The position numbers were made by a program, and so were the translations under genes. Shown here one piece after another: positions 1 through 10,753 of a stretch of 64,000 nucleotides of DNA. Numbering within the stretch: the stretch's first letter is position 1; each line of letters begins with the position of its first letter. Source of the stretch: Promethearchaeota archaeon (GTDB lineage: Archaea > Asgardarchaeota > Hermodarchaeia > Hermodarchaeales > Hermodarchaeaceae); contig JBHLMG010000010.1 of the NCBI GenBank assembly GCA_048938385.1, forward strand, positions 28,774 to 92,773, in the 5' to 3' direction. The notes below the pieces were generated by a model. The model had not been told where the DNA came from. It worked only from the letters and a program-made list of their open reading frames with translations, and did not search any database.

Positions 1-105
1 GTAACCACCCGCACGGACATTGAAGGTTATGAGGGAGCCCATTTTGGTGATGTTAGTGGAGGCTCCCACGATGGCGATGGATTTAGGATTGAGTAGGCGT
101 TCCAT
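1..105 (-). CDS. Acetate--CoA ligase (ADP-forming) family / CoA-binding protein, N-terminal part (runs off the window)
   Basis: Manual translation MERLLNPKSIAIVGASTNITKMGSLITFNVRAGGY matches the CoA-binding N-terminus (compare FFNPRGVAIIGAS at 61248). Confidence 0.75.
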   Translation of the reverse strand, partial: MERLLNPKSIAIVGASTNITKMGSLITFNVRAGGY

Positions 106-268
106 GTAACGGGTCTCCTGTGACCCTTTCTGTTTTCACTTTCGATTGTAGTGCATTGAGGGAGGTGGATTCCCATAAGCCTTCTGGCTGGTATGCAAAA
201 TGGAAAATAATTAAGGGACCAACCACAAGTAGCAGTTCCAAGTTTTGGTTCTACAAGGAGGGTTCCAC

Positions 269-1459
269 ATGACCTCAGAAAAAGTTGAAATTACCAAAGG
301 CGTCTACTGGGTGGGTGCCATTGATTGGATGCTCCGTGACTTCCACGGACTCTGGACACCTAAAGGTGGTACCTATAACGCGTACCTGATCTTGGATGAG
401 AAAATCACGCTTATCGACACCGTTGCTCCGAATTTTACAAATGAACTCTTAGACCGAATTCGCACCATCGTAGATCCCGCGAAAATCGATTACATCATCT
501 GCCAACATGTGGAACCAGACCATTCCACGACCTATGCAGACATGATCAAGGTAGCACCAAAAGCGACAATTATCACTTCAAAACGGGGAGCAGAGTTCCT
601 CAAACTAAACTACCCCGGTGTCGAGTTCCCCTTACAAATCGTCGAAGATGGCGAAACCCTGAGTCTAGGCAAACGGAACCTCAAGTTCGTGCAAATCCCC
701 ATGGTCCATTGGCCCGAAACGATGGTAAGCTACATGCCAGAAGACCAGCTGCTTTTCAGCAATGACGCCTTTGGCATGCAAATTGCGACCCCCTATCGTT
801 TCGCTGATCAAGTTGATGATTGGTATGAACCACTACGCGCTTACTACAGCTATATCGTGCGGTGGAATGCCCGAGCCGTTCTGAACGCCTTTAAGAAATT
901 CGAAGGAGTCCCAGTTAAGATTATTGCGCCCTCGCATGGACCGATTTGGCGAAAAGACATTGAGAAGATTATGGAGATCTATTACCGCTGGTCCAGTAGT
1001 CCCGAAACGGAGCATGCCATCGTCGTCTATTCTACCATTTGGCAGAGCACTAAACAAATGGCGTATGCGATTCGAGAAGGAATATCAAGCGTAGGCGTTG
1101 CTGCAGATCTCTATAACCTAGAAGACGAAGTCTTCAGTCGCGTTCAAGGCGCGGCGATGGAAGCAAAAGCCGTGGTTGTGGGAGCCATGACCTACAACAT
1201 CGATCCCTACTATCCGACGGCAGCGTTCATGCCGTACCTAAAGCATTTACGCCCCGAGAATAAAATCGGTGCCGCCTTCGGATCCTATGGGTGGGGCGGT
1301 GGAGCCACGAAAGTCCTCACCGAGCAGTTGAAAGAGTACAAGTTTGGTGAAGTCTTAGAGCCATTGAATGTACAGTTCCGCCCGAATCAAGAAGACCTCC
1401 AACGGTGTTTCGAGTATGGACAAGAAATCGGACGGAAGGTAAAGGCAGCCTTCAAGTAG
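269..1459 (+). CDS. fprA: Flavodiiron protein (FprA / A-type flavoprotein)
   Basis: Metallo-beta-lactamase diiron motifs HVEPDH, HWPE, NDAFG, PSHG plus flavodoxin domain (AFGSYGWGG); ATG 269 follows AGGAGG. Confidence 0.92.
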   Translation: MTSEKVEITKGVYWVGAIDWMLRDFHGLWTPKGGTYNAYLILDEKITLIDTVAPNFTNELLDRIRTIVDPAKIDYIICQHVEPDHSTTYADMIKVAPKATIITSKRGAEFLKLNYPGVEFPLQIVEDGETLSLGKRNLKFVQIPMVHWPETMVSYMPEDQLLFSNDAFGMQIATPYRFADQVDDWYEPLRAYYSYIVRWNARAVLNAFKKFEGVPVKIIAPSHGPIWRKDIEKIMEIYYRWSSSPETEHAIVVYSTIWQSTKQMAYAIREGISSVGVAADLYNLEDEVFSRVQGAAMEAKAVVVGAMTYNIDPYYPTAAFMPYLKHLRPENKIGAAFGSYGWGGGATKVLTEQLKEYKFGEVLEPLNVQFRPNQEDLQRCFEYGQEIGRKVKAAFK

Positions 1460-1666
1460 TGCCCTTAATAGTAGTCGTTTAAAATCAATGACCACCTATG
1501 AAACCGTTAAAAAGAAACTGTAAGTAGTGGGTTCGTTTGTTACCCCTGCTGCATGAGAAACTTGGGGCATCGCCAAAGCCTCGGAGTCGAGAAGCAAAAG
1601 ATTCAAAAGCCCCGACACAGCGGATGCGGTAACATTGCGACCCCCACCAGGAGGCACTGACACACC

Positions 1667-2716
1667 TTGCCAGAAGTAGGAATCTTAGGATACGGCGGAT
1701 ACATTCCCAAATACCGCATCAAAGTCGAGGAGATTGCCCGCGTTTGGGGCAAAGATGGCAAAGCCATTGCCAGCGGATTAAGCCTACAAGAAAAGAGCGT
1801 CCCTGGACTCGACGAAGACACCACAACCATCTCGGTCGAAGCAGCCCGTAACGCTTTAAAGTGTGCACAAATCAACCCAAACCGCATCGGCGCAATTTAT
1901 GTGGGGTCCGAATCCCATGTCTACGCAACCAAGCCAACAGGAACCGTGGTTGCAGAAGCCATTAACGCGCCGCACAGCTTGCAGTGCGCTGATTTTTCGT
2001 TTGCGTGTAAAGCAGGAACGGCCGCCATCCAGGTCTGTATTGGTCTTGTAAAATCCAAGGAAGTGGACATCGGACTCGCCATCGGATCAGACACCGCCCA
2101 ATCCAAACCTGGTGACGCCCTTGAATACGCTGCAGCCGCTGGCGGAGCCGCTTTTCTGATTGGTGCTGATGACGACATGGTTGCCAGCTTTGAAGGAACC
2201 TACTCGTATACCAGCGATACCCCCGACTTTTGGCGACGGGAAGGAACCGACTTCCCCGAGCATGGCTCACGATTCACGGGAAAACCTGCCTACTTCAGGC
2301 ATGTCCATCAGGCCGCGATGGGTCTCTTTGCGAAAATGGGCACCAAAGCAAATGATTACAACTGGGGGGTCTTCCATTCGCCGAATGGGAAATTCCCACG
2401 TCGTGCAGCGAAGGATTTAGGCTTCAAAGAAGACCAGATCAAACCCTCCCTTATCGTCGATTATGTGGGGAATACCTATGCAGGGAGTTCTCCTCTGGGA
2501 CTTGCAGCAACCCTTGATATTGCAAAACCTGGCCAGAAAATTTTGGTTGTGTCTTACGGATCTGGTGCAGGAAGCGATGCCTTCCATATCGAAGTCCACA
2601 AACCTATCGAAGAAAAACGAAAACGGAAACCCATGGTGGAAGACTACATCACAGACAAAGTCTATGTAGATTATGCACAGTATGCGAAGCACCGACGCAC
2701 CATCAAAGTGGAGTAG
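1667..2716 (+). CDS. Hydroxymethylglutaryl-CoA synthase, archaeal type
   Basis: EDTTT, GSES, FACKAG (catalytic Cys), FHSPN, GNTYAG, SYGSGAG; clustered with thiolase and DUF35. Confidence 0.93.
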   Translation: MPEVGILGYGGYIPKYRIKVEEIARVWGKDGKAIASGLSLQEKSVPGLDEDTTTISVEAARNALKCAQINPNRIGAIYVGSESHVYATKPTGTVVAEAINAPHSLQCADFSFACKAGTAAIQVCIGLVKSKEVDIGLAIGSDTAQSKPGDALEYAAAAGGAAFLIGADDDMVASFEGTYSYTSDTPDFWRREGTDFPEHGSRFTGKPAYFRHVHQAAMGLFAKMGTKANDYNWGVFHSPNGKFPRRAAKDLGFKEDQIKPSLIVDYVGNTYAGSSPLGLAATLDIAKPGQKILVVSYGSGAGSDAFHIEVHKPIEEKRKRKPMVEDYITDKVYVDYAQYAKHRRTIKVE

Positions 2717-2722
2717 AAGCAA

Positions 2723-3904
2723 ATGACAGAAACAATTCCGATCAAGGATCGCGTCGCCATTATTGGTGTAGGTCAAACAGCATTTGGCGAACAATGGGAC
2801 CGTAGTATTCGACGCATCACCTTAACCGCTGCCACCGCCTGTCTGGCAGACGCTGGTGTGGGTGGTGATGACATCGATGGCCTCTATGTTAGCAACACCT
2901 CAACAAGCTCGTTCATTCAACAAGAGCATCAAGCGGCCATGGCAGCAGACTCTGGGGGTCTCCTTCCAGTGGCGTCCACGGAGGTTGAAGCGGCTTGCGC
3001 AAGTGGTGGCGTTGCCGTTCGCCATGCTTACATGGCCGTGAAATCCAAGGAACATGAAGTTGTAATGGTCATTGGTTGCGAAAAGATGAGCGACATCTCC
3101 GAAGCAGCCATCGCTGATACCCTCATGAGCGCAGCTGACCGTGAATGGGAGGGACAAGTAGGAGCCACATTCCCCGCACTCTTTGCATTGCTAGCTCAAC
3201 GCCACATGTATAATTTTGGAACTACCGAAGAGCAGCTAGCTGCTCCAGCAGTTAAAGCTCATGCCAACGCGGTGGATAATCCTTACGCGCAATTCCGCTT
3301 CAAAATCACTCCTGAAGCTGTCATGCGAAGTCCTATTGTAGCTGACCCAATCCGGGTCTTACATTGTGCCCCCATCTCCGATGGCGCAGCAGCCCTTATT
3401 TTATGTCGCGGCGACTTGGTCGATAAATTTGAAGGCGACCCCATTTGGGTGGATGCCTCCACCCAAGCATCAGACACTCTAGCCGTACACGACCGTCCCC
3501 ATATCACACGATTCAACGCAGTTATAAGCGCCGCGAAAAAAGCCTTCACTAAACTTGACATGAAACCTAAAGAAGTCGATATCGCAGAAGTGCATGATTC
3601 TTTCAGTATTAGCGAAATCATATCAGTCGAAGACCTTGGCTTCGTGGAGAAAGGAAAAGGTGGAAAAGCTATTCAAGAGGGATTCTTCAACAAGGATGGT
3701 ACAATTCCCGTCAATGTGAGTGGAGGATTGAAAGCCAAAGGTCATCCCGTAGGTGCCACAGGAATAGCTCAAGTTGGAGAAATTGTTGAACAGTTACGCG
3801 GAACTGCTGGTAAACGCCAAGTAAAAGGCGTCAAGCGCGGTTTAACCCTCAACCTCGGAGGAACCGGCTCCACTGCCGTAGTCCATATTCTCAATCGTGA
3901 ATAA
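2723..3904 (+). CDS. Acetoacetyl-CoA thiolase, archaeal type
   Basis: EAACASGG, DGAAA, EVHDSF, GHPVGATG motifs. Confidence 0.92.
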   Translation: MTETIPIKDRVAIIGVGQTAFGEQWDRSIRRITLTAATACLADAGVGGDDIDGLYVSNTSTSSFIQQEHQAAMAADSGGLLPVASTEVEAACASGGVAVRHAYMAVKSKEHEVVMVIGCEKMSDISEAAIADTLMSAADREWEGQVGATFPALFALLAQRHMYNFGTTEEQLAAPAVKAHANAVDNPYAQFRFKITPEAVMRSPIVADPIRVLHCAPISDGAAALILCRGDLVDKFEGDPIWVDASTQASDTLAVHDRPHITRFNAVISAAKKAFTKLDMKPKEVDIAEVHDSFSISEIISVEDLGFVEKGKGGKAIQEGFFNKDGTIPVNVSGGLKAKGHPVGATGIAQVGEIVEQLRGTAGKRQVKGVKRGLTLNLGGTGSTAVVHILNRE

Positions 3905-3921
3905 AATGAAAGGTGAACTTG

Positions 3922-4518
3922 ATGTCTGATCAAAGCGTACCCATGCTATGGCGACGAATCAAACAGGTCTATAACCTTGTAGGTCGACGATGCCGTACTT
4001 GCGATACCAAATACTTTCCCCCTATCCCCTTGTGCCCGAAGTGTCGACGTAGAAGCGACCTCGTGGACCATCAATTTTCTGGGTTAGGCAAGGTTTATTC
4101 TTACACCATCGTGCACGATCCCCCTGCGGGCTTCAAGGATTTAGCACCTTATGTCTTAGCCCTTGTTCGTCTCGATGAAGGCCCTCTCGTCCTCTCACAG
4201 ATAGTGGATATTGATCCCGATAACCTCAAAATTGGAATGAGCGTCCAAGTGGTGTTTCGTCGGCTAGGTGATGCAGGGCGTACTGGTGTTTTGCGTTATG
4301 CCTACAAGTTTCGACCACTCCCTGAATACGCTACTGGTTATGTTATTGCCACTATTGAAGGTGAAGAAGGCGTCGCGCATTTAGAGGTTCCCATGGAAGA
4401 ACGCAAGCGCAGTTCAGTTCGGCGAGTGCTTCGAGAAGCAGCTGATAGGGCAAAAAAACGATTTCGTCGACAAAAGAATGAGACCGAAGCACCAGCTGAT
4501 GAAGAAAGTAAAGAATGA
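3922..4518 (+). CDS. DUF35 Zn-ribbon/OB-fold scaffold protein with C-terminal extension
   Basis: CRTC..CPKC ribbon, GKVYSYT, APYVLALVRLDEG, IGMSV, YAYKF; third gene of the HMGS-thiolase operon; ATG 3922 after AGGTGA (GTG 3913 is the alternative). Confidence 0.88.
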   Translation: MSDQSVPMLWRRIKQVYNLVGRRCRTCDTKYFPPIPLCPKCRRRSDLVDHQFSGLGKVYSYTIVHDPPAGFKDLAPYVLALVRLDEGPLVLSQIVDIDPDNLKIGMSVQVVFRRLGDAGRTGVLRYAYKFRPLPEYATGYVIATIEGEEGVAHLEVPMEERKRSSVRRVLREAADRAKKRFRRQKNETEAPADEESKE

Positions 4519-4642
4519 TCCTTCGCCTTGGCTCATTGTTGGTTGACTCTGCAACCACGCGATTTATAAGAGCAAATGATATGGAAGGTCCCCTCAGCAT
4601 AAAGCATCCAGCTTCATTTCGTGCCCTGCTTGGGGTTGTGTT

Positions 4643-7039
4643 ATGTCTCGTCGACAGCAACGCGTTTTCACTTGTAAGAACATGATAATCATCATGATTT
4701 CAGCCTTAATCTTAGGCATCATGTTTAGCGTCATGCCATGGATACAACCGAATGGCGGATTGTGGCAGGATATCCATTGGGCAAACCTTCCACCCTATTC
4801 CAGCCATACAATTCCAGGACTAGATGATGAAGTTCGAATTATCCGGGATCAGTGGGGCGTTCCCCACATTTTTGGCAACAGCCTTAACGACACCTATTTC
4901 GCGTGCGGTTATACTCACGCACAAGATCGCCTCTTCCAATTGGATCTCACCCGTCGAATAGCAAAAGGCCGTCTTTCAGAACTCTTTGGTCCTCTCTATG
5001 AAGATTTAGATGTGTATCACAAGCAACTTAGTTTTAATCAAGCCGCCAGCGCCTCCGAAACTTTGCTGGATTCTACGGTGCTGGGTTTATTGCAGCGGTA
5101 TGCGGATGGTATTAACACTTACATGAGTAGTATTGGCACCAAAGTGCCCGTGGAATTCCGGCTCATTGGCTACTTCCCTGCACCATGGACCGTTCTCGAT
5201 ACACTAACCATTGAACGCTACCTCGCTTGGCAGCTCTCCGAAAATAACGCCTTCAATGATCTCCAAATGGCCAGCCTTATTGACACTTATGGAGCTAACC
5301 TGGTGTTTCGTGACCTGTTTCCAGAAACACATTACAATGATCAACCAACCGTTCCGTCACCCACGCCTGAAATTCTCGCAGCTGCGCGTACCCTTGCTGA
5401 AGAAGTACAACAGCTCCAGCGAACCAATCCCTTTACCACGACATTGGCTCCGGGAAGTAACTGCTGGGTTGTAAATGGATCCCATACCACTACTGGATAC
5501 CCCATCCTTGCAAGCGACCCCCACTTTGCTTTGAAACTTCCTTCTGTTTGGTATGAAATCCACCTGATTGCCCCGGGGCACAATGTGCAAGGCGTCACCT
5601 ACCCTGGTATCCCCTTCATCTATCAAGGACATAACCCTGACATCGGGTGGGCATGGACCAGCATGCAATCGGATGTAACCGATTTTTACTACTACGCTTG
5701 GAATCCAAGTCAACCCGATCAATATTGGTGGCAGGGAGGGTGGCAAACCATCCAAACCCGGAGCACTACCATTGGCACGAAAACGGTTACCTTGAATTAC
5801 ACCGTCCATGGACCTCTGTTCACTGAGGCCACGGGTCGATTTGCCCTCAAATGGACCGGGTACAACGGGTCACAGACCCTTGTAGCCCTTTACTCATTAG
5901 CCCTAGTAACGGATCACACAGAATTCCTTTCAGCCATAAGCTTGATTGAGTGTCCCAACCTCAACTTCCTCTACGCCGATACTAGCGGAAATATCGCCTA
6001 CCACGCTACCGGTGCCCATCCCATACGCGCGCCAGGTCTAGGACCAGCGCTGCACAACGGCTCGGCAGGAACAGACGAGTGGCAAGGCTTCATCCCTTTT
6101 ACGAGCCTCCCCAACAGCTCAAACCCGACCACCGGATATCTGATCAGTGCTAATAACAAGCCAGTCAATGCGAGTTATCCCTATTACCTAGGATACAACT
6201 TTGCCCCCGCTCACCGAGCCAACCGGATTACTGAACTAGTAAATGTTACTGGTCTTCATTCACTCACGGATATGGGTCAGATTCAACAGGACGCCTTTTC
6301 ATTGCATGCACTCGCAATTAAAGACATCATTGCTACTGTAATCCTCGCACAGGTCTCAGCGTCTTCAAACCCTGTAGCACATGCAGCTGCAACAGCACTC
6401 CAAAGTTGGAATGGCGAGATGACTACTGACAGCGTAGCTGCCACAATTTGGGCGAGTTTTTCATTAAAGTTCCGTAACGAAACCTTCTACGATGAGTATG
6501 CACAAGCAGGAATCTCGGAAGGATTTTTACCTGGAGTGACAGTTTTGGAAAACTTTACACAAATAGATTATGGACTATGGTTTAACAATACCCTCCTTCC
6601 TGGAACTCAAACCCGCGATGACATCGTCCTTTCTAGTTTTTTGGCTACCGTTGATGAACTGACCACCAACCTCGGTGCTGATGTAAACGCCTGGCAATAC
6701 TATCGCGTCCATGTACTCTGGATGCAGCATCCCCTCGCTGAAGCTCTTCCCTACATGAGTGCCCCCCTATATCCTATTGATGGGAGCTCGTATACTGTCA
6801 ACTACGCCCCAGGATTTCTGGTAGATAACGGCGCAGCTTACCGGATGCTGCTAGACTTCCAAGATTTTGATCACTCATTAGCCGTGATTGCGGGTGGACA
6901 CCGGGCAAATGTGTACAGCACCCATTACTTGAACCAATTAACCCTATGGGTTACTGGTGACTACCACCCTTTACCCTTCCCCACCATGATCTCCGAGCTG
7001 ACTGATTATGCGTCAATCGTCCACTTATTACCCGCGTGA
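4643..7039 (+). CDS. Penicillin acylase family Ntn-hydrolase, N-terminally anchored/secreted
   Basis: RDQWGVPHI, HAQDRLFQ, GSNCW (Ser nucleophile), DPH, SANN. Confidence 0.9.
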   Translation: MSRRQQRVFTCKNMIIIMISALILGIMFSVMPWIQPNGGLWQDIHWANLPPYSSHTIPGLDDEVRIIRDQWGVPHIFGNSLNDTYFACGYTHAQDRLFQLDLTRRIAKGRLSELFGPLYEDLDVYHKQLSFNQAASASETLLDSTVLGLLQRYADGINTYMSSIGTKVPVEFRLIGYFPAPWTVLDTLTIERYLAWQLSENNAFNDLQMASLIDTYGANLVFRDLFPETHYNDQPTVPSPTPEILAAARTLAEEVQQLQRTNPFTTTLAPGSNCWVVNGSHTTTGYPILASDPHFALKLPSVWYEIHLIAPGHNVQGVTYPGIPFIYQGHNPDIGWAWTSMQSDVTDFYYYAWNPSQPDQYWWQGGWQTIQTRSTTIGTKTVTLNYTVHGPLFTEATGRFALKWTGYNGSQTLVALYSLALVTDHTEFLSAISLIECPNLNFLYADTSGNIAYHATGAHPIRAPGLGPALHNGSAGTDEWQGFIPFTSLPNSSNPTTGYLISANNKPVNASYPYYLGYNFAPAHRANRITELVNVTGLHSLTDMGQIQQDAFSLHALAIKDIIATVILAQVSASSNPVAHAAATALQSWNGEMTTDSVAATIWASFSLKFRNETFYDEYAQAGISEGFLPGVTVLENFTQIDYGLWFNNTLLPGTQTRDDIVLSSFLATVDELTTNLGADVNAWQYYRVHVLWMQHPLAEALPYMSAPLYPIDGSSYTVNYAPGFLVDNGAAYRMLLDFQDFDHSLAVIAGGHRANVYSTHYLNQLTLWVTGDYHPLPFPTMISELTDYASIVHLLPA

Positions 7040-7060
7040 ATACCTTCGAGGTGAAATACC

Positions 7061-7561
7061 ATGTCCATGAAAAATCCAATGGAGAATTTCCGTGCAATTT
7101 TGCGTCAAACCCACCATCCTATCATTGGATTTGTCGTTTGCTTCATCCTCGCCTTTTTCATCCAACTCACCGGATTTGGTATTGGCATCGTAATCGCGGG
7201 TATCATTACAGGGATTTTAGTCAAAAATACCTATAAGGCAATCCTTGCCGCGTTTCTCGCGGGATTCGGTGTCTGGCTCTCTTTGTTTGGCATCATGCTT
7301 GCATTTAACACTCAAGCGTTCATCAACGCCTGGATCGTTCTCTCGTTACAAATTCCCGCCCCACAACTTTTTGTAGCTCTTATTGGAGGCGTTGTCACCG
7401 GTGTGGGAGCACAACTTGGCACCATGTTTGCCGAGATTGCGTACCGTCCCCCAGACGATTTGGGACTCCCACCTGCAGCGACAGAACGCGTACCGACTAA
7501 AGAACTTCCTCGACGCAAGCGCGTAAAACGCAAACGAGTGAAGAAGAAGCGAAAATCCTAA
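7061..7561 (+). CDS. Membrane protein (~4 TM) with polybasic C-terminal tail
   Basis: Hydrophobic segments; GAGGTGA RBS; tail RRKRVKRKRVKKKRKS. Confidence 0.7.
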   Translation: MSMKNPMENFRAILRQTHHPIIGFVVCFILAFFIQLTGFGIGIVIAGIITGILVKNTYKAILAAFLAGFGVWLSLFGIMLAFNTQAFINAWIVLSLQIPAPQLFVALIGGVVTGVGAQLGTMFAEIAYRPPDDLGLPPAATERVPTKELPRRKRVKRKRVKKKRKS

Positions 7562-7642
7562 GACTTCTACACGCTTTACCCACTGTGCAGTATTAGGAAG
7601 ATACTAATAGGAAAATCGTGGTGACCTTCGCAGGTTTCTAAC

Positions 7643-8269
7643 ATGACCCCTGCGAACACCAGCACCCCATCCACCAGGGACTCATATGAGAAGGTCCAGG
7701 AACTCACACAACTTCTAACCAGCCCACATCAGGACATTCGGCGCCAAGCCATCAAAAGTTTGGGTCAGTTGGGATCGGAAGCCATGAGTGCCCTTCCACT
7801 GTTGCGTGACGCGTTACAGGATTCCAACTTCGTAATTCGTTTGGAAGCGGCTATTGCTGTCGGTTTCATTGGCTCCAAAAAGGATACAGAATTTTTGGTT
7901 CCCCTGTTAGATGACGAAAATGAAGCGGTCCGGTTTCAGGCCATTAGCGCTATAGCTTTTCTGTGTGATTCAAAAGTAGCACCTGAACTAATTAAGCGGT
8001 ATGAGGCGGAAACACCGCACATCCGGGACCAAATTCTTCGAGCCTTGGGACATCTCAGGGGAAAGGAAGCCTATGCGTTGTTGAAACGGGAATTAAAGGC
8101 AGACGATCCCACAGTGCGCACTGGAGCTGTTGTAGGATTGAGTTTCTATGGAGATGTGAAGGTTTGTTCTCTGCTGCAGGAAATAGCTGAAAACGACCCA
8201 GATGACCTCGTTGCACATGAAGCCCGGATAGCCGTGCTTCAACTCCAGTATGGACGTAAACTGGATTAA
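7643..8269 (+). CDS. HEAT-repeat (PBS-lyase-like) protein
   Basis: Repeated L.D....VR..A..ALG units. Confidence 0.85.
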   Translation: MTPANTSTPSTRDSYEKVQELTQLLTSPHQDIRRQAIKSLGQLGSEAMSALPLLRDALQDSNFVIRLEAAIAVGFIGSKKDTEFLVPLLDDENEAVRFQAISAIAFLCDSKVAPELIKRYEAETPHIRDQILRALGHLRGKEAYALLKRELKADDPTVRTGAVVGLSFYGDVKVCSLLQEIAENDPDDLVAHEARIAVLQLQYGRKLD

Positions 8270-8301
8270 TTCGTGTTGTTTTGTTAAAAAAGAAAAAGAT
8301 G

Positions 8302-8323
8302 GGAAGCACCCGAAGGTACTTCC
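8302..8323 (-). terminator. Hairpin with UUCG loop followed by a U-tract, downstream of the 8339-8956 gene
   Basis: Minus strand GGAAGTACC-TTCG-GGTGCTTCC then CATCTTTTTCTTTTTT. Confidence 0.65.
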
Positions 8324-8338
8324 TTGAAACGAGCTACA

Positions 8339-8956
8339 TTAGATGGGAAGGAAAGAAAGAATTCCTCCAGGGAAGAAGATAATGAGCGCGGCTTGTACAA
8401 TTCCTAGAATTGCAAGGACGAGGGTTACGGGTTTTGATGCGAGGATGTAAGCAAAGGTTTTGATGAGGTCTTCTATCCATTTCAGGGATAAGAAAATGAA
8501 GAGCCCAACAACGAGGAAAAATCCAATGACTACCCACCGGAAATCAAAGGGAATTAGAGCCACAATCCAGGGGGGCGTGAAGAAGGCTATCACAGCAGCA
8601 ATAACTATAGCGATGATAAACGCGACTAATGCTGCCCAGGGTATTTTCGCCACCGGCGCAATCAATAAGACGAAGCCAATAATGCCTAGAAGTACTAAAG
8701 TCAAGGTATCAGTATAAGGGCTTGGCACCAAGCCACTTACTGAGGCAATGAGCGTAGCGAAACAGACAATTCCAACAGCCATTCCAAGAAATTGGAGGAA
8801 TTTAACAATAGCCTGGAAAAAGTCTGTGATATCAAGTCCCTTTTTTTCCCGCGCCCGTAAAATTGCATCAAGAATCCACGATCCTGTGATGAATGCGGCA
8901 AATCCGAGGATGCTTGGAGTCAGAATTACGAGGTATTGTACGATTATGTCTATCAC
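8339..8956 (-). CDS. Multi-pass membrane protein, unknown function
   Basis: ~6 hydrophobic helices; GTG start after AGGTGG. Confidence 0.7.
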   Translation of the reverse strand: MIDIIVQYLVILTPSILGFAAFITGSWILDAILRAREKKGLDITDFFQAIVKFLQFLGMAVGIVCFATLIASVSGLVPSPYTDTLTLVLLGIIGFVLLIAPVAKIPWAALVAFIIAIVIAAVIAFFTPPWIVALIPFDFRWVVIGFFLVVGLFIFLSLKWIEDLIKTFAYILASKPVTLVLAILGIVQAALIIFFPGGILSFLPI

Positions 8957-9082
8957 GACGCAACCACCTGTGTTATCCTGTGGTTTTTCGGGAAAAAAGC
9001 CTTATGTCAACTTACGCGGTAGGGTTGTAGGTTAACGGAAAAATAATGGGGGCGGAGGATCTTGCCTCGCCAAATTCCCCTC

Positions 9083-9325
9083 TTATGCGGCTTGACTATC
9101 GAGGAGTTGCTTCCCCTTATCGGTTAAGTCAAACCAGACATGGTAGACACCACGTCGTTCATTAATGAGGCCGACCTGGGTCAGACGCTTTAGATGATAA
9201 GCAGCAGTCGATGTAGGAATGTTGAGATCTTTGGCAATTTCTCGAAGGAACGCTTTGTCCTTGGAGAGCTTGAACAAGATCCGCCTCCGGGTGCTGTGTT
9301 GTAGAGCTTCTGTTTTGGATAGCAT
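9083..9325 (-). CDS. ArsR-like winged-helix transcriptional regulator
   Basis: RRRIL..L, EIAKDLNIPTSTAAYHLKRL, LTDKG. Confidence 0.82.
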   Translation of the reverse strand: MLSKTEALQHSTRRRILFKLSKDKAFLREIAKDLNIPTSTAAYHLKRLTQVGLINERRGVYHVWFDLTDKGKQLLDSQAA

Positions 9326-9566
9326 AATCTTAACCGTGTTAATTATTTACTTAAACACATATATAAGCATTTTCGTTTGCACTAATAATCACCTAGACAA
9401 ACGCATTCCCATCTAAACAAGCAAACGCAAAACGAATGAGATACCGTTCAAAAACCTTGAACAGGGTGTTCTAAGCCGTAGGATAAAGAGCTATCACACA
9501 CCTTAATCTATGAGCCCGACTTGCACTCAACAGGCCTAAAGCAATGTACTGCGAGGTAATTAACAC

Positions 9567-10547
9567 ATGACTCTTCGTGAATTTGTTCTCCGACGAGTTA
9601 TCAACAGTGTCATTCTCGTTCTTGGAGCCATCGTCTTCAATTTCTTCGTCTTTAGAATGATGCCAGGTGATCCTGTTGCGATTCTTATCAGCCCCACAAT
9701 GATAGGAGGCCAAGCCGATCTAGCTGAGGCTCTTCGAAGGATGTGGGGATTAGATCAACCCATGCATGTACAGTTTGCCTTATACATACAGAACATGCTC
9801 ACTTTCAACTTCGGTAATTCTTTCACTGAGGGATTTCGCCCCGTCATTGAATCTATTGCAGCCCGTCTTCCAAACACCCTCCTCCTCATGGGCACAGCTG
9901 CAGTGCTCACCATCATAATGGGCGTGGTCACGGGTATTAGTGCTGCAGCCAAGCGTGGAGGGAAAACGGACATGAGCCTAGTAATCAGCGCATTAACCTT
10001 CTATTCCATTCCGACCTTCTGGCTGGGAATGATGTTTATCATGCTTCTTGGCTTCTTCATCCCCATCTTTCCGTTAGGTGGAACTGTCTCGGTTCCAATT
10101 CCGGAAGATCCACTGGCTTATGCGGTATCAGTTGGCCATCATCTCTTCCTGCCAGCTCTGACGCTGGCCTTAGTGTCTTATGGAGGCTATATGCTCGTAA
10201 TGCGTAACAGCCTCATCGATGTCCTCACCGAAGATTACATCGTGACCGCCCGCGCGAAGGGCGTCGATGAACGAAATGTTCTCTACAAACACGCCTTACG
10301 CAACGCCATCCTTCCTCTTGTCACGATGATCGCGTTGACTTTTGGATTCCTCATTACGGGTGCGACATTAACTGAGACTGTTTTCAATTGGTACGGGCTC
10401 GGGCGACTCATCTTCGATTCCGTCATGCTACAAAATTACCCTGTCCTCCAGGCCATCTTCTATATCATGGCCTTAACGGTCATCGTAGCCAATTTCATCG
10501 CTGACCTCTTGTATGGTTTTCTAGATCCTCGCGTCCGATACGACTAG
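9567..10547 (+). CDS. Peptide/nickel ABC transporter permease (OppB/DppB family), orphan here
   Basis: MPGDP, EDYIVTARAKG, HALRNA, ETVF, DPRVRY. Confidence 0.9.
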   Translation: MTLREFVLRRVINSVILVLGAIVFNFFVFRMMPGDPVAILISPTMIGGQADLAEALRRMWGLDQPMHVQFALYIQNMLTFNFGNSFTEGFRPVIESIAARLPNTLLLMGTAAVLTIIMGVVTGISAAAKRGGKTDMSLVISALTFYSIPTFWLGMMFIMLLGFFIPIFPLGGTVSVPIPEDPLAYAVSVGHHLFLPALTLALVSYGGYMLVMRNSLIDVLTEDYIVTARAKGVDERNVLYKHALRNAILPLVTMIALTFGFLITGATLTETVFNWYGLGRLIFDSVMLQNYPVLQAIFYIMALTVIVANFIADLLYGFLDPRVRYD

Positions 10548-10573
10548 AAGAAGGCACCTTCCAAACAAACCTC

Positions 10574-10597
10574 GAAGGGCGGGTTTCCCCGCCCTTC
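10574..10597 (+). terminator. Perfect 10-bp GC-rich hairpin after the permease gene
   Basis: GAAGGGCGGG-TTTC-CCCGCCCTTC. Confidence 0.55.
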
Positions 10598-10753
10598 ACT
10601 ACTAATTTTCACTGTATTTGATTAGGAGCGCACCACTGGATAACTGGTTCGAACTCTTTGAAGCAGGGGGTGTAACCAGTTCGTCTTGCACTTACCATTA
10701 GCGTTTTATGTTCTGTGAAATGAACCATCCCCCACCTATGCGATAGTTATTCT

